A stretch of 12,296 nt of DNA from Octopus sinensis (Eukaryota), in assembly GCF_006345805.1 (NCBI RefSeq), contig NW_021826610.1:1-12296 (forward strand), given 5' to 3'. The position numbers were made by a program, and so were the translations under genes. A model generated the notes under the pieces. It had not been told where the DNA came from. It searched no databases and saw only the letters and a program-made list of their open reading frames with translations. Within the stretch, counting starts at the first letter, position 1. Each line of letters starts with the position of its first letter. This document shows, piece after piece, positions 7,725-12,296 of the stretch.

Positions 7725-8142
7725 TACTCTCTCTTTTACTCTTTTACTTGTTTCAGTCATTTGACTGTGGCCATGCTGGAGCACCGCCTTTTAATCGGGC
7801 AACTCAACCCCGGGACTTATTCTTTGTAAGCCCAGTACTTATTCTATCGGTCTCTTTTGCGGAACCGCTAAGTGACGAGGACATAAACGCACCAGCAACG
7901 GTTGTCAAGCAATGCTAGGGGGACAAACACAGACACACAAACACACACACGCATATATATATATATATATACATATATACGACGGGCTTCTTTCAGTTTC
8001 CGTCTACCAAATCCACTCACAAGGCTTTGGTCGGCCCGAGGCTATAGCAGAAGACACTTGCCCAAGATGCCACGCAGTGGGACTGAACCCGGAACCATGT
8101 GGTTGGTTAGCAAGCTACTTACCACACAGCCACTCCCGCGCC
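7725..8142 (-). mobile_element. SINE family A, full length, young
   Basis: Minus strand: GGCGCGGGAGTGGCTGTGTGGTAAG head, B box GGTTCAGTCCC, internal (TA)n(TG)n, 3' half and (GTAAAAGA)n tail. Confidence 0.92.
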
Positions 8143-8244
8143 TACGAGTGGTTTTAAAACAGGGGCCACATTAGTCAGTGACGGAGCACAGCTTCTATGC
8201 AAAAAAACAGCCACATCTCCTTCCCTTCGAATTCTTCGATGTCT

Positions 8245-8596
8245 TTAACACTTTTAATACGAACCCACCCGAGACCACCCCTGTCTATAGACTACACATT
8301 CTCTAAAGTGATCAAAACCGAGATCTCCCATCAAAATTTCATATGAATTTATGATTCAAACATCTGCTTTATAATTACATACACTTTACTCTTTTTACTT
8401 GTTTCAGTCATTTGACTGCGGCCATGCTGGAGCACCGCCTTTAGTCGAGCAAATCGACCCCGGGACTTATTCTTTTGTAAGCCCAGTACTTATTCTATCG
8501 GTCTCTTTTTGCCGACCGCTAAGTGCAGGGACGTAAACACACCAGCATCGGTTGTCAATCAATGCTAGGGGACAAACACAGACACAAACACATACG

Positions 8597-8640
<44 letters not shown>

Positions 8641-8880
8641 TAATATAAAACATATATACGACAGGCTTCTTTCAGTTTCCGTCTACCAAATCCACTCACA
8701 AGGTATTGGTCGGCCCGGGGCTATAGCAGAAGACACTTGCCCAAGATGCCACACAGTGGGACTGAACCCGGAACCATGTGGTTGGTTAGCAAGCTACTTA
8801 CCACACAGCCACTCCTTTTACTAATTTCTTTTCCGAAATTAATTGAAATAAAAGAAATGTACTTCAACAGAAAGATGTGG
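8245..8880. mobile_element. Degenerate MITE-like element interrupted by SINE A (pieces 8245-8384 and 8817-8880)
   Basis: Starts TTAACACTTTT (resembles TTAACCCTTT termini). The right piece resembles 7645-7720. No recognisable right TIR. Confidence 0.35.
8385..8816 (-). mobile_element. SINE family A, near full length, young
   Basis: Highly similar to 7725-8142. Possible short TSD TTTACT. Confidence 0.92.
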
Positions 8881-9099
8881 TGGCCATGTCCGGAATGTCT
8901 CTGTATATTATGTGTGCAGCCCCTGGATTAAATTTGATCGGGTTTGTGTGTGTATGTAATTTGACTGCTGTTTGTAGCTACTACATCTTACCGGTCTTTG
9001 TTGTATTTCAGTCTTTCAAAAAGAAGGGATGGTCACGGCCGGAAAGCCTTTCGTCATGTGAGGAACGGAGGCTTGTCGTGAGCGATTTTTGTAAACAGA

Positions 9100-9802
9100 A
9101 AATAGAAGACACGTGTTGAAGAGAATTGACTGAGAGCAGACGACACAAGAAAGATACTGAGGTAGAGAGAGGGGGAGTAGTTGGACAAGTAGATAGATAG
9201 AGAGATGAAGAGAGAGAGAGAGGAAGAGAGAGAGGATGGGAGGAGGGAAGGAAGAGAGAAAGGTGAGTAAAGGAGAGAGAAAGAGGGAGATGGAGAAATC
9301 TAGGCACAGCGAGAGAGGGGGAAGGAAGGGGAGAAGATGAAAGGCACGTGTTGAGAACCGAGTGAGAGCAGACGACACAGGACAATGACGTAGAGAGAGA
9401 GAGAGACAGGGAAAGAGAGAGAGAGGGAGAGAGAGAGAGACGGACAGAGAGAAGAAGGAAGAGAGAAAGGGTAGATAGAAAGAAGGAGTAGATAGGGGGT
9501 AGATAGATAGATAGATAGAGAAGAGGGAAGAGAGAGTAGATAGCGAGAGGAAGAGAGAAAGGGTAGATAGAATGAGAGGAGTAGATAGAAAGAAGGAGTA
9601 GAGAGAGAAGAGGGAAGAGAGAGTAGATAGCAAGAGGAAGAGAGAAAGAGTAGATAGAGAGAGGAGTAGATAGAAAGAAGGAGTAGAGAGAGAGGGAAGA
9701 AAGAGTAGATAGCGAGAGAAAGGGTAGATAGAATGAGAGGAGTAGATAGAAAGAAGGAGTAGAGAGAGAGGGGTAGATTGATAAATAGATAGATAGATAG
9801 AT
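9100..9802 (+). repeat. GA-rich complex satellite with a conserved ~39-bp motif
   Basis: Motif gacacgtgttg..gagaattgactgagagcagacgacac at 9108-9146 and 9343-9378, followed by degenerate (agagagtagatag..) units. Confidence 0.85.
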
Positions 9803-9843
9803 ATGTTTCTTTATTAGCCACACAGGGTAGCACACAGACGGGA

Positions 9844-10164
9844 TCTACCCTCTCTTCCCTCTTCTCTCTCTCTTTCCCTGTCTCTCTCTCTCTCTCTACG
9901 TCATCGTCTGTCCTGTGTCGTCTGCTCTCTATCGGTTCTCAAAACGTGTCTTTCATCTTCTCCCCTTCCTTCCCCCTCTCTCACTAGGCCTTGATTTCTC
10001 CATCTCCTTCTTTCTCTCCTTCCCTCTCTCTTCTTTCCTCACTTTTCTCTCTTCCTTCCCTCCTCCCTCCCTCTCTCTCTCTCTCTCTCCTCTCTCTATC
10101 TATCTACTTGTCCAACTACTCCTCCCTCTCTCTACCTCAGTATCTCTCCTGTGTCGTCTGCTCT
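9844..10164 (-). repeat. Inverted copy of GA-rich satellite segment (about 9131-9480) inserted in the LINE 3' UTR
   Basis: The reverse complement reproduces the subunit order of 9131-9480. The uninterrupted site GACGGGA|CAGA is seen at 7411-7421. Confidence 0.8.
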
Positions 10165-10427
10165 CAGACAAATTAAAAGCTTTTCTTTTTGGGGATAAAA
10201 AAAAGGGGGTTTAGTTTTCGATCAAAAGAGATCGTAAAGGGAAAGAAAAAGGAAAGCAAAAAAAAAAGGGATCGTTATCATAGAAATGTCAATATAAAGG
10301 GGAAGACAGGTGAGGTTTACCCGTGGAAAAAAAGCCTACGGAAAAGACCACGGTAACCTCGGTCAATGAAGTCACATGTTATATTTTTTTTTACAAATAA
10401 GCAACTCTCTGTATTAATTTTTACGGT

Positions 10428-10684
10428 TCATAGAATCATAGTCAATGTGGCTTCGTCATTCATACGTGCCATCCTTGCTACATTCACCCATCTTTTTTTT
10501 AAACTTCACTAGACAAACTTGCCTCTCTACTCTCACTTTCCTTTTCAAGTATTTTGAAGAAGTTGATGAGATTGACCAGAGAGGAAAGTGTTTGTCTCTA
10601 ATCCTTTCATTCTTTCGCCATAGCCACAAGTATGATAAAAATAGCTCTTCCTTCCCGTTTGAAGGAAGGAGGCGTGACGATATT
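10428..10684 (-). pseudogene. LINE ORF2 extreme C-terminus, frameshifted
   Basis: IVTPPSFKREGRAIFIILVAMAKE..KGLETNTFLSGQS..LKRKVRVERQV..KKRWVNVARMARMNDEATLTMIL* with stop at 10428-10430 and several indels. Confidence 0.75.
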
Positions 10685-11074
10685 GGCAGAAACGTTAGCA
10701 CGCCGGGCGAAATGCGTAGCCGTATTTCGTCTGCCGATACGTTCTGAGTTCAAATTCCGCCGAGGTCGACTTTGCCTTTCATCCTTTCGGGGTCGATTAA
10801 ATAAGTACCAGTTACGCACTGGGGTCGATATAATCGACTTAATACCTATGTCTGTCTTTGTTTGTCCCCTCTGTGTTTAGTAAAGAAATAGGTATTTCGT
10901 CTGCCGTTACGTTCTGAGTTCAAATTCCGCCGAGGTCGACTTTGCCTTTCATCCTTTCGGAGTCGATTAAATAAGTACCAGTTACGCATTGGGGTCGAAA
11001 TAATCGACTTAATCCGTTTGTCTGTCCTTGTTTGTCCTCCCTGTGTTTAGCCCCTTGTGGGTAGTAAAGAAATA
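10685..11074 (+). mobile_element. SINE family B, tandem dimer (unit 1 10685-10891, unit 2 10892-11074)
   Basis: Unit 1 retains part of the tRNA head (GGCAGAAACGTTAGC...GAGTTCAAATTCC). Unit 2 starts internally at GTATTTCG. TSD GATATT at 10679-10684 and 11075-11080. Confidence 0.92.
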
Positions 11075-11422
11075 GATATTAACGATAGACTCGGCTGATA
11101 AACCGACACGTCCCACACGTGACAGCAGTCGTTCGACATAAGCCCACAGGTCGGAAATTGCTGGACACTGCACGATTGCGTGCAGAGCGGTTTCGTCGCT
11201 CTGCCCGCATCTCGAGCAGGTCGGCCCCGTGTTTCTCGAACCGTGTCTGTAGAGCTTATCCCGAACGGGTAGCGCTTCTCGTAGCACTGCCAGGCCAGGG
11301 ATCTCTGGAAGTTGTCCATAGGTCCCGGCCCGAAAGTCCTCTCAAACAGGCGGGTCAGGTATTCCTCGTCGACGCCCAGGTTCGCCCCAAGATCGTCGTC
11401 GTACCTTCCCTCCACTAATTCC
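11075..11422 (-). pseudogene. LINE ORF2 fragment with C-terminal CCHC zinc knuckle
   Basis: ELVEGRYDDDL...SLAWQCY, a 1-nt frameshift at about 11280, then REALPVRDKLYRHGSRNTGPT-CSRCGQSDETALHAIVQC-PAISDLWAYVERLL. C-x2-C-x8-H-x4-C at 11165-11218 is typical of L1/Tx1 ORF2. Confidence 0.88.
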
Positions 11423-11528
11423 AGATAGATAGATTGAGAGAGAGACGGAGGAGATGAGAGAAAACGCAGAAAAGAAAGGAAAAGAAAGAAGCGAGAGGAG
11501 AAAGGAAAGGAGACAACAGCTAAAGAGG

Positions 11529-11596
<68 letters not shown>

Positions 11597-12252
11597 GAAA
11601 TAGAAAGAAAGAGAGAGGGAGAAGAAAGGGTAGATGAAAGACGTGTTGAGGAGAATTGACAGAAAGCAGATGACGCAGGAGAGATACTGAGGTAAAGATA
11701 GAGAGAGAGAGATGGATACAGAGAGGAAGAGAGAGAGAGAGGGGAAAGGGAGAAAGATAGAAGAAAGGAAAGGAGAGGGAAAGGAAGACAGAGAGAGAAA
11801 GAGAGGATAACGGAGAGAGATGGAGAATAAAAGAGAGAGGTAGAGAATAGTAGTAAAAGGAAGGGGAAGGAGATAAACAGCTAGAGAGAGGGAGGAGGCA
11901 GGAAGAGGAGAAGATGACAGACACGTGTGGAGGAGAATTGACTGAGAGCAGACGACACAGGACACTGACGTTGAGAGGGATAGTGGCAGATGTGGAGGGT
12001 GATAGATTGAGAAACAAAGAGAGGGGGAAGGGAATAGAGAGGAAGAAAGGGGCAGAGAGAGAGAGGAGGAGGAGAGGGACGATGACGGAAAGAGAGAGGA
12101 GTAGATAGAGAGAGGGGGAAAAGAAGGGGAGAAGACGAACGACACGTGTTGGAGGGAATTGACTGAAAGCAGACGACACAAAACAACATGGATATCTATT
12201 GTGTGGGAGACTGGGAGACAGAGGGAGATAGATACACAGTTATGAGAGAATG

Positions 12253-12296
<44 letters not shown>
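11423..12296 (+). repeat. GA-rich complex satellite plus (GA)n, (GACA)n, (GATA)n
   Basis: Same conserved motif at 11640-11676, 11920-11958 and 12141-12179. Terminal (GATA)n. Confidence 0.85.

Larger units (their letters stand above)
9803..11422 (-). mobile_element. 5'-truncated L1/Tx1-clade LINE with two nested insertions
   Basis: ORF2 C-terminus (11422 to 10428, split by SINE B). 3' UTR 10427-10165 plus 9843-9803. AATAAA and (ATCT)n tail. Confidence 0.88.

Noticed and set aside
11925-11960. Minus-strand micro-exon (..CTGCTCTCAG|TCAATTCTCC..|GTGTC) in the satellite motif
   Set aside because: The pyrimidine tract comes from the satellite and the donor is poor.
9108-12179. CRISPR-like repeat/spacer reading of the 39-bp motif
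   Set aside because: Spacers are 200+ bp low-complexity and mutually related, the context is eukaryotic, and there are no cas genes.
9008-12189. Long Leu/Ser-rich minus-strand ORFs (e.g. 275 aa, 279 aa)
   Set aside because: They are translations of the TC-rich satellite strand.

Overview
Repeat-saturated, non-genic or intronic eukaryotic DNA. The SINE families and microsatellite load resemble octopus (coleoid cephalopod) repeats; this is recalled from memory, not searched. No intact protein-coding gene is supported, and most ORF-track entries are translations of microsatellites or SINEs. Contents: two TTAA/CCC..GGG MITEs, three or four tRNA-derived SINE families, a Tc1/mariner transposase 3' remnant, a non-autonomous Helitron, a 5'-truncated L1/Tx1-type LINE (ORF2 CCHC knuckle plus 3' UTR) split by two insertions, and long TA/CA, GATA and GA arrays. 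Most notable: (1) at 5.9-7.1 kb, three unrelated Penelope-like elements carry minimal type I hammerhead-ribozyme folds, and two are head-to-head palindromes (about 100 and 170 bp arms) with one hammerhead per strand. (2) A SINE shares its 3' ~41 nt with the Tx1-like LINE, sits inside that LINE's ORF2, and shows the same tail-to-body junction at two loci. All alignments and folds were done by eye.
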